NCBI GenBank assembly: GCA_002269645.1
Contig: NIVC01001664.1
Location: 1 to 64,000, forward strand
Source of the DNA: Macrostomum lignano
Taxonomy: Eukaryota
Direction: 5' to 3'
DNA length: 64,000 bases
The notes beneath the pieces were generated by a model. That model searched no databases and was not told the origin of the DNA. It saw only the letters and a program-made list of their open reading frames with translations. This document shows positions 23,690-36,700 of the stretch, piece by piece (position 1 is the stretch's first letter; each line of letters opens with the position of its first letter). The translations under genes and the position numbers were made by a program.

Positions 23690-24830
23690 TCAGAATCCAA
23701 TCAATTGGGTAGATTCCAGTGTCAGAATCCAATCAATTGGGTAGATTTCAGTGTCAGAATCCAATCAATTGGGTAGATTCCAGTGTCAGAATCCAATCAA
23801 TTGGTTAGATTCCAGTGTCAGAATCCAATCAATTGGGTAGATTCCAGTGTCAGAATCCAATCAATTGGATAGATTCCAGTGTCAGAATCCAATCAATTGG
23901 ATAGATTCCAGTGTCAGAATCCAATCAATTGGTTAGATTCCAGTGTCAGAATCCAATCAATTGGATAGATTCCAGTGTCAGAATCCAATCAATTGGGTAG
24001 ATTCCAGTGTCAGAATCCAATCAATTGGGTAGATTCCAGTGTCAGAATCCAATCAATTGGGTAGATTCCAGTGTCAGAATCCAATCAATTGGTTAGATTC
24101 CAGTGTCAGAATCCAATCAATTGGGTAGATTCCAGTGTCAGAATCCAATCAATTGGATAGATTCCAGTGTCAGAATCCAATCAATTGGATAGATTCCAGT
24201 GTCAGAATCCAATCAATTGGGTAGATTCCAGTGTCAAAATCCAATCAATTGGATAGATTCCAGTGTCAGAATCCAATCAATTGGATAGATTCCAGTGTCA
24301 GAATCCAATCAATTGGATAGATTCCAGTGTCAGAATCCAATCAATTGGATAGATTCCAGTGTCAGAATCCAATCATTTGGGTAGATTCCAGTGTCAAAAT
24401 CCAATCAATTGGATAGATTCCAGTGTCAGAATCCAATCAATTGGATAGATTCCAGTGTCAGAATCCAATCAATTGGATAGATTCCAGTGTCAGAATCCAA
24501 TCAATTGGATAGATTCCAGTGTCAGAATCCAATCAATTGGGTAGATTCCAGTGTCAAAATCCAATCAATTGGATAGATTCCAGTGTCAGAATCCAATCAA
24601 TTGGGTAGATTCCAGTGTCAGAATCCAATCAATTGGGTAGATTCCAGTGTCAGAATCCAATCAATTGGATAGATTTCAGTGTCAGAATCCAACCAATTGT
24701 GTAGATTCCAATGTCAGAATCCAATCAATTGGATAGATTTCAGTGTCAGAATCCAATCAATTGGATAGATTCCAGTGTCAGAATCCAATCAATTGGGTAG
24801 ATTCCAGTGTCAGAATCCAATCAATTGTTT
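23690..24830. repeat. Minisatellite, 32-bp unit (CAGTGTCAGAATCCAATCAATTGG[G/A]TAGATTC)
   Basis: ~35 contiguous copies with no spacers; unit partly palindromic. Confidence 0.97.
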
Positions 24831-25275
24831 ACAACTGCTTATTAAGCGTTTACTAAAGCATTGAATTAGTTTTAATTTGATTTTTTTACTTAAATGGATC
24901 AAATATCAGTGCTTTCAGTTTTTGAAGTGCTGCTTTTTGAAGGTCAAAATGCTTCCAGTTTTCAATTACGCAAAAGGGCAGTTGGTTTTTTAGCATTTAT
25001 TGTGTCCTTCTTTCAAGTCATACCATTATAAAAGTATGAATAATTCATTGGAATTCTTGTCAACTATTATTCGGTTATATTGTGTAATAGGCAACCGCTT
25101 TCAAGCGTTTAGTTATTTTGAAATTTCAAAAATAATAAAACTACTTCAAATCTGTAATACTTTGTTTGTTCAAAAGTTTCAAAGTAGTAGCTAATTTTAT
25201 TATTTTACTGTTTATTGTTTAGCTAAGATAATTTAATGCACGGGAACTAATCTCTCATGCCTGTCATATAGTACT

Positions 25276-26090
25276 CACTGGCACCCGTGATATTAGCACA
25301 CTGGCACCCGTGATATTAGCACACTGGCACCTGTGATATTAGCACACTGGCACCCGTGATATTAGCACACTGGCACCTGTGATATTAGCACACTGGCACC
25401 CGTGATATTAGCACACTGGCACCTGTGATATTAGCACACTGGCACCCGTGATATTGGCACACTGGCACCTGTGATATTAGCACACTGGCACCTGTGATAT
25501 TAGCACACTGGCACCTGTGATATTAGCACACTGGCACCTGTGATATTAGCACACTGGCACCCGTGATATTAGCACACTGGCACCTGTGATATTAGCACAC
25601 TGGCACCCGTGATATTAGCACACTGGCACCCGTGATATTAGCACACTGGCACCCGTGATATTAGCACACTGGCACCTGTGATATTAGCACACTGGCACCT
25701 GTGATATTAGCACACTGGCACCCGTGATATTAGCACACTGGCACCTGTGATATTAGCACACTGGCACCTGTGATATTGGCACACTGGCACCTGTGATATT
25801 AGCACACTGGCACCTGTGATATTAGCACACTGGCACCTGTGATATTAGCACACTGGCACCCGTGATATTAGCACACTGGCACCTGTGATATTAGCACACT
25901 GGCACCTGTGATATTAGTACCCTGTCACATGGGATATTAGTGCCCTGTCACACGGGATATTAGTACCCTGTCACACGGGATATTAGTGCCCTGTCACACG
26001 GGATATTAGTACCCTGTCACACGGGATATTAGTGCCCTGTCACACGGGATATTAGTACCCTGGCACATGGGATATTAGTACACCTGCACC
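25276..26090. repeat. Minisatellite, 23-bp unit (CACTGGCACC[C/T]GTGATATTAGCA) changing to a related variant (CCTGTCACACGGGATATTAGT) at ~25920
   Basis: Tandem copies; variant block at the 3' end. Confidence 0.95.
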
Positions 26091-26241
26091 CATGATAAAC
26101 GGGTAGATACTAAAGCCAAAAAGTGGCGCAGAAGCTCCTATCATATTAATACATAGGCATTTTTGTATTCTACTAATGTATCTTTACCATCTCGACACAA
26201 CCATTGGGATTTTCAGTTGCAAATCGCCTAAAGAATCTGTC

Positions 26242-27290
26242 ATGGACGATCTGTCTGAGGAGAACACATTCAGCGTTGACGAAGTGTCCCAGATTATTAA
26301 GGAGGGCGTTGAAACTTGCATCGGCACCAGTCAGTTTCAGCAGAACAAGGTCAATCAGTGGACTTCTAGCATCATTGAGCACTGTCTCAATCAGCTCACT
26401 AAGCTGGGTAAGTGCAGTGTTTTAGCTTATTGCCTAGTCATCATTTGGGTGGAAAATAAGGTGCGGTAGTGTCTACTATTGGTATAGGAGTGCGGCGGTA
26501 GTGTCTACTATTGGTATAGGAGTGCGGCGGTAGTGTCTACTATTGGTATAGGAGTGCGGCGGTAGTGTCTACTATTGGTATAGGAGTGCGGAAGTGTCTA
26601 CTATTGATATAGGAGTGCGGTAGTGTCTACTATTGGTATAGGAGTGCGGAAGTGTCTACTATTGATATAGGAGTGCGGTAGTTTCTACTATTGGTATAGG
26701 AGTGCGGAAGTGTCTACTATTGATATAGGAGTGCGGTAGTTTCTACTATTGGTATAGGAGTGCGGAAGTGTCTACTATTGATATAGGAGTGCGGTAGTTT
26801 CTACTATTGGAATAGGAGTGCGGTATACTACCGGTAGTTTCTACTATTGGTATAGGAGTGCGGTATACTACCGGTAGTTTCTACTATTGGAATAGGAGTG
26901 CGGTATACTACCGGTAGTTTCTACTATTGGTATAGGAGTGCCGTAGTGTCTACTATTAGTATAGGAATGCGGGAGTGTCTACTATTGATTTAGGAGTGCC
27001 GTAGTATCTACCAATGGGTACTGTTTACCAATGATCTAGGGAGTACAGTAGCGTCTACCACAGCTCTAGCAATGACACTGAATGGCACCAGCAGTGGCAT
27101 TTTCCCAACCCCACTCGCAGGCAAGCCGTTCAAGTACGTGGCTAACTGTGTGATCATGCAAAAGAACGGGGCTGGCCTGCATACGGCCTCATCCTGCTAC
27201 TGGGACAACCAGACTGACGGCTCCTGCACCATCAAATGGGAGAATAAGACAATGCACGTCATTGTCACCGTGTTCGGCCTGGCCATCTGA
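26242..27290 (+). CDS. DYNLT1: Dynein light chain Tctex-type 1
   Basis: Exons 26242-26407 (GTAAGT donor) and 27121-27290 (CAG acceptor), phase 1, 111 aa: [15 protein letters not shown]...[49 protein letters not shown]...[17 protein letters not shown]. Confidence 0.97.
26461..27010. repeat. Intronic minisatellite, ~29-31-bp unit (GTGCGGTAGTGTCTACTATTGGTATAGGA)
   Basis: Tandem variants inside the DYNLT1 intron. Confidence 0.92.
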
Positions 27291-28434
27291 TTCGCCTGTG
27301 TTTGGCTAGCCAAACAGCGTGCCTCCTGTGACTCGTTTTGATTTTTACTTCTGAAATTTATTTCAACTCTAAAAAAATTTTTGCTCCATAGCTTACCCCT
27401 ATTTTTATGTGTTTTGACCACAGATTCAAGAATAGCTACTAGAAGTATATTTAGATATTTCACTCGCAAAACTACGCTATCCTACTGTTTTTCAATAGTG
27501 GAATTAGCATTTTTGTCTCCATATTAGTAAAACTAAAATAAATATAAAAAAACACAAATAAGTTTACATGTAGGGCTGACTATTGAAGTAAAACTTGAAA
27601 AAACCTTTTCAAACTTGAAAAAACGCTTGTGTCTGCCTGACTTTGACCACTCTCCTTACTGCTCTCTCATTGGCTGAGCTAGACTGGGCCTGCCCCACCC
27701 CCCTGAGGCTAAGTTTCGTCCGTCTGACTTTAACTTCTCTCCTTTCTGCTCTCTCATTGGTTGAGCTAGATTGGCTTGCCCTAGGCTGAGTTGAACATCA
27801 AGTTAATGCTCGCAAACCCCGGCCAAAGAAGGAAAGTAAATTTTAGTGGCATTGTGCAGGCAAACTACTGAGAAAAGAGTAGGCGCTCTGCATTTTTCAC
27901 AATTTTAATTGCGAGTGACATATCTAATAATCTAGTATGTGTTTGACCAACAAAATACTTTGTATTTTTTATATAAATAAGTTAGTAGTTAGTAATAAAG
28001 TAAGTCCGGCACTTTCTTTAACTTACCACAGTTCGCAGAGCTGAGCAACAAGCCGTCCACCCCCACTCTTTTTTGTTTATCTGTTCAACAAAAATTAGCA
28101 TAGACTCAGTGTTTTTTTCTATACAGCGTGTCCATGCGTTTCATTCCAAAATTATGACCGAATAAAACCTGTTTGAACATTTGTGCGTTCAATTTTACAC
28201 ATTTTAAAAAGTAAAAAACACTTTAAGCCTGTTATTATAATACTGAACTTAATTCTCTAATTCCCTCTAATTTACTGATTAGTTGTTTTTTTCTTTCGAA
28301 TACAAATAACATGTTTTTCAACGAAGTGTTGCATAAAATTTTAAGCTGCTTTACGAGCTAAGTTGATAATTCTATCCGGACTCTGACTTCTCATCTTGTT
28401 AGCTTAGATTGGGTTGATTGAATCGGATAAAGCT

Positions 28435-28770
28435 TTGTTGATAGACTCTATGGATAGATTTTGTGGCTAGACCTTGGATGAACTTTGTGGATAGACGCTG
28501 AGATGCCCTAGATAGACTAGGGATAGACTTTGTGGAGAGACCTTGTGGATAAAAACTCTGAATAGACCTTGTGGATAGACGTTGAGGATCGACTTTGCGT
28601 ATAGACTTCGTAAATAATCTGTCGATAGACTTCGTGGATAGACTCTTAATAGACTGTGGACAGACTTTGTGGGTAGACTCTTAATAGACTTTGTGGATAG
28701 ACTTCGTGGATAGACTTCGTGGATAGACTTCGTGGATAGACTCTGAATAGCCTGTTGATAGACTGTGGAT
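28435..28770. repeat. Degenerate short-period repeat (GTGGATAGACTTC-like)
   Basis: Recurrent GATAGAC motif upstream of TMEM267. Confidence 0.75.
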
Positions 28771-28898
28771 ATATTGTGAGGCGCTTCTCTAAAGAAATGA
28801 TCACGTCTCTGGCAACCATTTCTTGACTTCAGTCTGCTCTCTAATCCCATCCTGAGGTCGAATAATCCCTCATCCAGAACAAGCAGCAGAAAGAGTCG

Positions 28899-31657
28899 AT
28901 GAAGACGGACTCAGCGCCAGCGGCCGACGAGAAGCAGCCGCCAGCCGCTGCCCTGTCAGACAGGCTCAGTTTAGGCGGCGGCGGCGGCGGCGGCCTGCGT
29001 TTCATCTACCCTGTGCTGCACACGTCTCTGCTGGCGCTGATCTGCACGTTGCAGGAAAGCATCAATCCGAATCGCCTCGGCCTCAGCGTCGGCAGCGGCA
29101 TCCCCAAAGGCTCCTATTACAGTCTGGCTGCTGTTCTATTCGACTGGCTGGCTCACATGACCCTGGCCGGGCAAAGCTGGTCTCTGGCTGCCAATCTGAC
29201 ACTCGGCCGGTGCTTTGTACTGGAATCGGCTGTGTACGCCTGCGTGCTGGCCACCGTGATCGATGTTGACCACTTCCTGGCTGCTGGCAGCCTCAATCCA
29301 TGGGTGAGATTTGGGGAGAGGGCCGTAGCCTAGTGGTTTAGCGCTCTCATTTGCAAGCGGCCCAGGCTCGATTCCAAGTGCAGTCGCATTAATTTGGGGC
29401 TAAATTGGAATGTCAGCTTGGCTCCGCTCGTGCAATTAACGCCCTTGAGGACCAACCCCCAAGGCACAGTGAAGTGTACATGCCTAGCGATAAATCAAGT
29501 TAGGGCCGCTGTACACTCCTGTGTGAGTGTGTGCCTGTGCGTATGACTGCGGGGGGAGTTGGCGGAATGGGCAGTAATGCCTCTCGCCGGTTGTGTGACA
29601 ATGTCGCTTAAAGTGCATCATGGTGCACATGCACACAGCACCCCGCAACAAGCTTAACAATAGTTAAGTGTCCAAGATAAATGATTAACAAAATCTCAAT
29701 TAAGGCAATTCTTGAGCAGTAGTTCTAGTATACTTTAATGCTTCAATTGTCGGGCTGAGCGACTTGCTGACAGCTTTTCTTGAGGTTGTTGTGTCGTGCA
29801 AATCACGCCCCATTAGGGCCAGGGGCCCGTGCTATAGAATCAGGAGTTAGGAGTTGGAGCTAGGACTCAAGAGTACTCTTGACAAGGAGTGATTGAATTT
29901 TGTGTGCTATAGATTTCAGGAGTTAAGAAGAGTTAGGAGCTATAGGAGTTTTTGCAAGGAGTTCAGCCTAGGAGTGGGGGTGTGTTCAAGGAGTGTTGCG
30001 CAATCATTTAAGGATGATAGAGAATTGTGTGCTATATCACAATCCTAACTTTACGCTCCTTAAGGATTGAATCTCAGGAGTGAAAATGCAAATTGCTCAA
30101 AAAATATCATTTATGAGAGCCGTCGCTGCACGCAAAGAGGTTCTCTTTGGTGCGTTTAGTATAGCTTTTGTCATGCTATCTCAGCCTAGGGACATCCAAA
30201 CTCAGCCAGCCCCATTCCGCAATGCGTTTTTTGGCTCGAGCTAGTCGAGTTTTACCATAGACATGCTTCTTAAGGCCATGCTATCTCAGCCTGGGACATG
30301 CAATCTCAGCCAATATAGATTTCAATTGCAAACAGATCTCAATGCTATCATTTCTGTAACGTGACATGAAATGGCAACAAACAGCAATGAATGAACGCAG
30401 CAAGAAAAGTCAGTAAGAATCTGAAAAGTGGCTGAGATTGCATGTCCCAGGCTGAGATAGCATGGCCTTAAGAAGCATGTCTATGGTAAAACTTGACTGG
30501 CTTACGTAAAAAATCGCACTGTTGAGATGGGCTGGCTGAGTTTGGATGTCTCTAGGCTGAGATAGCATGACAAATACTATACAACCATAACTAAGAATGC
30601 GAAGATTGCTATGTGCACCGTGTTGGATGTTCGATTCTGTGTCGAATTCTATATGTTAGGCTTGAAAGCTGGATCTCGTTAAGTCTAAAACGCATAGCAC
30701 TCTCGGCTGGATCTTCTTCAAAAAAATTAATTATTGCCTTAATTGTCGACAGTGTCCATCATTGACTCCTTCCTCATCAGAATCCGATTCGCTGTCCGAA
30801 AACATTATAATCCTAGCTTGTCTAAGAGTGAAAATTGGCCCTTGAACTCTTGCTTAGGAGTCAAGAGTTAGGAGCGAAATTTTCTCATTCTATCGGACAC
30901 ACGCTCCTAGAATCACTCCTAAAAGCCAACTCCTAGCTCCTAGACTTCCTCTCCTAATTCTATAGCATGCCACGGACCTTAATGAGTTCTCCTAAATTCA
31001 CCCAGGAGTCTCCTAACGTCCTTAAGGAGCCTCCTAGCTCTTCAAATTTACTCTTGATTCTATAGCACAGAAAAGCCAGCTAGGAGCCAGGAGTTAGGAC
31101 ACTCTTAAGAATTTAGGAGTTAAGAGTATTCTGTAGCACCGGCCCCAGAGCCTAAGGCGCAAGAGTTTATACACGCTCAGTGGTCAGCAGAATGGGCGTG
31201 ACTGCCGCCACCTAGCAACTAAAATGACACAATAAAAATCAGGCTTTTCATGTCCAAATTTAGAATGGCCAAAATATTAAAACCAATTTTACAGCGCGTA
31301 ATTAACTGTTCAAATTGTCCTCGCGGTGTATTGCACAACAGCCTATTACTGCTGGTCATTGTCGGCCTATTCCTGGCCTATGAGCGGGGTCATCAGCTCT
31401 ATCGCGGCAAGCCGCCAGCTGTGCCCGGCCTGGCCTGGCTGACCCTTGTCGCCTGGGGCAGCCATCAGCTGCGCGACGCTCGTCGCCGCGGCCTCCTATT
31501 ATGGCCGTTGCAATCTACTCAACCGTTGGGTTTTCACGCCTTTCTACTGTCAATCCTGGGTCTGGCCTGGTCTGTCAGACTGCTGCTGGCCTGGTTGCGC
31601 TACGATGTGCGCAGCATCACTATTAGGCCGCCGCCTGAGGAGCTGCAGCTGGTCTGA
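28899..31657 (+). CDS. TMEM267: Transmembrane protein 267 (C5orf28-like)
   Basis: Exon 28899-29303 (…ACVLATVIDVDHFLAAGS, GTGAGA donor) and exon 31295-31657 (RGVLHNS…AWGSHQLRDARRRGLLLWP), phase 0. The IDVDHF, LH and SHxxRD motifs match TMEM267. Confidence 0.85.
29823..31145. mobile_element. Non-autonomous PIF/Harbinger-like TIR element in the TMEM267 intron
   Basis: TIRs GGGCCCGTGCTATAGAAT / ATTCTGTAGCACCGGCCC, flanked on both sides by CAG (3-bp CWG duplication); subterminal AGGAGTTAG and GCTATAGAAT repeats in both arms. Confidence 0.65.
30159..30582. mobile_element. Nested foldback MITE with ~150-bp inverted arms
   Basis: GTATAGCTTTTGTCATGCTATCTCAGCC...CTCAGCC (30159-~30312) is the reverse complement of ~30428-30582. 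Confidence 0.8.
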
Positions 31658-31727
31658 GTGACGGCTCGGCTCTTTGGAATTTGATTGTCTCGCAATCAGG
31701 GTGTCATGGCATGTAGGAGGGCAGGAA

Positions 31728-32190
31728 GTGACGAGTGGATGTCGATCCTGAGGATCATGTGTGTGTGAGTGGATGTCTATCCTGAGGATCATGTGTTGGT
31801 GAGTGGATGTCTATCCTGAGGATCATGTGTGTGTGAGTGGATGTCTATCCTGAGGATCATATGTTGGTGAGTGGATGTCTATCCTGAGGATCATGTGTGT
31901 GTGAGTGGATGTCTATCCTGAGGATCATGTGTTGGTGAGTGGATGTCTATCCTGAGGATCATGTGTTGGTGAGTGGATGTCTATCCTGAGGATCATGTGT
32001 GTGTGAGTGGATGTCTATCCTGAGGATCATATGTTGGTGAGTGGATGTCTATCCTGAGGATCATGTGTTGGTGAGTGGATGTCTATCCTGAGGATCATGT
32101 GTTGGTGAGTGGATGCCTATCCTGAGGATCATGTGTTGGTGAGTGGATGTCTATCCTGAGGATCATGTGTTGGTGAGTGGATGTCTATCA
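31728..32190. repeat. Minisatellite, 34-bp unit (GAGTGGATGTCTATCCTGAGGATCATGTGT[TG/GT]GT) just 3' of the TMEM267 stop
   Basis: ~13 tandem copies. Confidence 0.95.
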
Positions 32191-32780
32191 TAATATATGA
32201 TGATCATGAAATGGTCATGCACTCCCGAAACAGCCATATTTGTTTGGGGTTGGGCGCAACTTTATGTATTCGTATCTCTTTCTCTTTCATATTCTACAAT
32301 CAATCATGGTTAATTAACAGCACTTGCAGTGCAGGGAGGAAAGCGCTCTCACTCTCTGTAATGCGTTCTTCCTTATTTAGTTTTTTCTCCAAATGTACAA
32401 ATATTCTGCCTGAGTATCCGTATTATTCTTTAATCTCCGTACATTGCAGATAGTTGTTTCAAAAGCACTAAACAACAGCACCTGCATGGGTTACTATTTG
32501 TTCCGTTTGTTGCATCATTTTTATCATTTTTTAGGATAATTATGTTAATTTAGTTTTGTCGCTGAAATATGATCGTCAATAAGAATTTGTAAGTTATAAC
32601 AGTATTGATAGATTTTAGCATAACGCAAATACAGTCACTGGTGATTAATTTTAAGGTTTGTTTAGGCTCTGATCGCGCCTTTGTGAATCAAACAAATTAA
32701 ATTTTTAATAGTATATCATTTCAGAGCATTTGTCCGCCACTCCTTGGACTTTGGTGTTCGAATTACGAAATTCTTTTTGT

Positions 32781-33776
32781 GGTGTCCAAAAAGTAGTGAT
32801 ACTTTTGACCGTAGCTCTCGTTCTATAGCTTCGTGTGATTTAAAATTTTATGAACTGATAGCGGCAAATCTCTTCTACAGACTGCTTTTTGAATTTTTAA
32901 AATTGATACCAGAGAACAAAAGTTATACCCATTAAAATAACAGTACCTGTACCATAGAGTTACACAAACTATATCGAAATTTATAATAGTCGACTTCTGC
33001 TCTCATTCATTAAGAAGGCATCGATAAATGTCTTGTTTAAGCAATACCAAAGCCCAATAGCAAAATGATGCTCACCTGTGACTGACTGAAATTTGTCTAT
33101 GGACGGAATCATGCGCAGAAAAATGAAGCATTAAATTCATTACTTTACTTGCAAACAGAGGAGCTTGCATTTTGCAATTCGTTCCTGATTTCACTGCCCA
33201 TACTCGACAACACACATGGATATGCACTCAGTTGTTGCTCAGCAAAGTACCATCTTCACTCTTTGGGGCGCTGGCCATGTGCCTCAGAAATTCACGCAAA
33301 ACTGTGCTCTGTGCACGGATCCTCTGCGGTCAGCAAAATGACAGTTTATTGATGGATTGAGCAGTTCAGCGAGGGAAGGACTGACTTGGCAGATCAGCAT
33401 CGGATGGGGCGGCCATACGTTCATCGACCTGATGTACTGGCGGACTCCATTCTGGATCTTCTTGACGAGGATCTTCTTGACTCCCGAATGACCATTAGAG
33501 AGATCGCTGACAGGTTGGACAAGCCGAAATTAACAATTCATCGAAGCTTACTCGGCATGGATCTCGTGAAGCTCAGCCTATAATTTGTGTAACTCTATGG
33601 TACAGGTACTGTTGCTTTCATGGGTACAACTTTTGCTCTCTGGTATCAATTTTAAAAATTCAAAAAGCAGTCTGTAGAAGAGATTTTCCGCTATCAGTTC
33701 ATAAAATTTTAAATCACAGGAAGCTATAGAACGAGAGCTGAGGTTGAAAGTATCACTACTTTTTGGACACCCCTCG
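32781..33776 (+). mobile_element. Internally deleted mariner-like element with ~195-bp inverted arms and HTH transposase remnant
   Basis: Arms 32781-32973 and 33579-33776 are reverse complements. The right end reads GGACACCCCTCG|TA (mariner-type terminus plus TA). Remnant EIHAKLCSVHGSSAVSKMTVY*WIEQFSEGRTDLADQHRMGRP...RMTIREIADRLDKPKLTIHRSL matches the two mariner HTH motifs. Confidence 0.85.
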
Positions 33777-36700
33777 TACTTTTCTATTTTGTTATTGTGG
33801 ATGGATACATTAAAAAATTATACGCTTGACTTTATTCAAAATGCCGTGTACCACTAGCTATATGTATTTTTCATATATTACTATGATAGTACGAGTATAG
33901 CTCGCATAGTACAATGCATTCGATTTCGCGTTTTTGGCGCAATTTGGTTGCGCACATTAGGACCATTTGCTGACTTAGTGTGCATTTACGAGTACGTCTA
34001 CTTCGAAGTATTCAAATATAATGAAGGACTAAACTTAACTAATGGTATTTTATTTGTGCTCCCTATTAAATCTTACTTCGCTTTCTTGGTTTTCAAATCC
34101 TTAAGCTCTGAATGTGATAACCATTCAGAAAGAGTAGCTACAATCTTGAAAATTCAGGCAATTAACATTTTTACTGGTTACCTGGAAGTATCACGCTGGT
34201 TTGGTTCTGTAAAGTCTGTAAAGACTGCGGTTTAAGATGAGCGAAAAAACGATCCCCAAAATGGCCTAGTCGGCGATTCATAAAATTATACAGGTGTTCT
34301 AAAAGTGAACGATTTGCGACGTTCATGTCTTTAAATTATTGACCGCGTATAAAGTGTACACTTATATTAAAATATAACTGACTTAGAGCAAATCAATAAC
34401 ATTTATTTGCCAGTGTTTACGGCAACTACATATTCCATTTCGTTAGCTGACATATACTGCTGCATGATGTAGTTTCATATGTGCAGTAGTCTAATATAAA
34501 CACTTCAATGCGATACTAACTTATTTAGAAGCACACATAGTAGCCATTCTTTAAACTATGTTAACTAAAATAAAAAGCTTGCGGCATCAGCATGGCGTGT
34601 CAAATAAAATTTAATGTAACTTGATCTGAAGGGTCGTTCGCAAATTCTAGGAGGAGCAAAAATTTTAACAATTTTCCGAACATTTACTATTGTTACTGCC
34701 ATATTGAAAATAATAGGACACTTTTATCTGTGAATAAAGATAATTTTTGGGTTAAACTTTATCATGCAAAAGTGTTTTTTAATCATCTGGCGGTATTAAG
34801 CGATAATTAGCGATGAAAAAATTCAAATTCAATCATTTCACCGATGTTAATTTTTGATACTACAAGATGTCTGTAGCTAAAACAAGTTGTTGTTGTGTTG
34901 AAACCTTGCTATATTACATTTAAAATTAAAGCTTATATAAATTTAATTTAAGATTTTTTTAAAGCTCAATAAACCCACTATAAATGATTTTATAGACGCT
35001 TAACTGTACGCCTAGCATTTCCGGTGGGATAGCCTCTTTGCGTCTCACAAAATGTATTTTTTCAGCTGACGTCTAGAATGTGCGCTTAAAATGATACATT
35101 TTGATGCAGATAATTAGAAAAACATGTCTTTTTATCTTTTTGTAAAAAATTGTTATGAAATAGAGCACTATTGTTGATAAAAATAATTAAAAGCAACCAT
35201 GCATCGCAATAAACTCCTACTTTGAAGCACAAAATAAATATCCTGTAACCACACTAGCATTCTCCATGGAGCACCTTTTGAGCTGAAATTTTACACAGAT
35301 ATCCAGTAAAGTAAACTGAGCAAATGATTTTTTTTGTTTTTGAAAATACTTCAATTTGGCTATGTATCAGTTAGTACATTGGACATATTTATTATATTTT
35401 TATTAAAATCCTTGTAACCAAGCTACAGAGAAACATGTGCAAAACTGGACCTTGAAATTTGACCTGAATGATCAGCAAATGTGTATCTCGAAATGATTTT
35501 TTTTGTTTTCATCAAGTCATTCTATGCTAATTTTTTCTGAAGGTAAAGATACCATATATTTAGAGTCAATAGGGGAAGCATTTAGACTTATTCAATAGTC
35601 ATTAAAATTGCAACTATATTATTATAATATAGTAATAATATTATACATGTATTATATAGTAATATTAACTTCTAAGATGCCCTTATAAATTTAAGTAAAG
35701 ACAACAGGCCTTAATTAATTAATCAGCATTTTGAAGAAACTGACCTTATACAGATGGGCCCCAAGCTAAGAAATGAATGTAGAGCTTATTTCGTGTAAGG
35801 TATAAAAATCAATTTATTAAAATATTAAATACTTCTAATAAATTGGTTAAATTAGTTATTTACCTTGAATTAATTTAATTTAATAATTAAATATATAAAT
35901 TTGTTTCACTTCTTACTGCATTTAAATAGAGTACCTCTCTACTATACTATAGAAGTATAGTAAAAGTATATGGTAAAAAAGTATAGTAAAAATTTTCTTT
36001 GGTTTAATCCCAGCTTGCCTCAGTTTTTTAGTCTTAATACGAGCTAGATAGTAAGTGTTGATTAATTTGCTCCATCACCTTTTGCCACGGAAACAGCACA
36101 TGTCGGACATGCAACACTCTTCCTGATCCCTGGATTCAAGATGACTGCTTCTGCTTCTTCAATGCTTGAAAACTGAGCTCATGGAGCTTTAGGTTATGCT
36201 GTCAGAGTGCTGCTGCCGGTGCTGTGTGTGTATGTGTGTGTCTTCTGCGGGTAGGTTCCATGTCCCTCAGTTTAGCCACTGTTGTGGGCTAACTGGAGGA
36301 ATTGCCGTTGTCGGTGCTGCAGGTGGCACTGCATGGTAGTATTGACGCTGTCAGTGACGCTGGCAAAGGCTTGGACGAAGCTAGGTGCCGTCATTGTCAG
36401 AAGGACATGCGTGTGCTGCTTAGACCAGTGCGCACATTCGACTGGACTCGTATCTGGTGCAGTCTGGTGTATTCACTGAGATTGTGTGGATCTGCCTCCT
36501 CGCATCACCTCAACCAGGCTCAATTTCTTTTGTAGAACTGCATCTTGTGCCTGCTGAGTGATGCCAAGAATTGTGCCACACAATAATTTGGCCCATAAAC
36601 TACTCGTATATTATACATATGTATGCACAGCACACACACACGCAGTTCATTCATATTAAATGTACTAGTTAATGGAATTCTCATCTCATGAGCTCTAGTC

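Noticed and set aside
23690-24830. Palindromic 32-bp repeats resembling a CRISPR array
   Set aside because: Units are contiguous with no unique spacers, the context is eukaryotic and there are no cas genes. The same applies to the 34-bp array at 31728-32190.
36060-36600. GC-richer island with a weak hAT-like phrase on the minus strand (ILGITQQAQDAVLQKKLSLVEVM) and short ORFs
   Set aside because: The similarity is too short and interrupted by stops; needs a tBLASTn/HMM hit.
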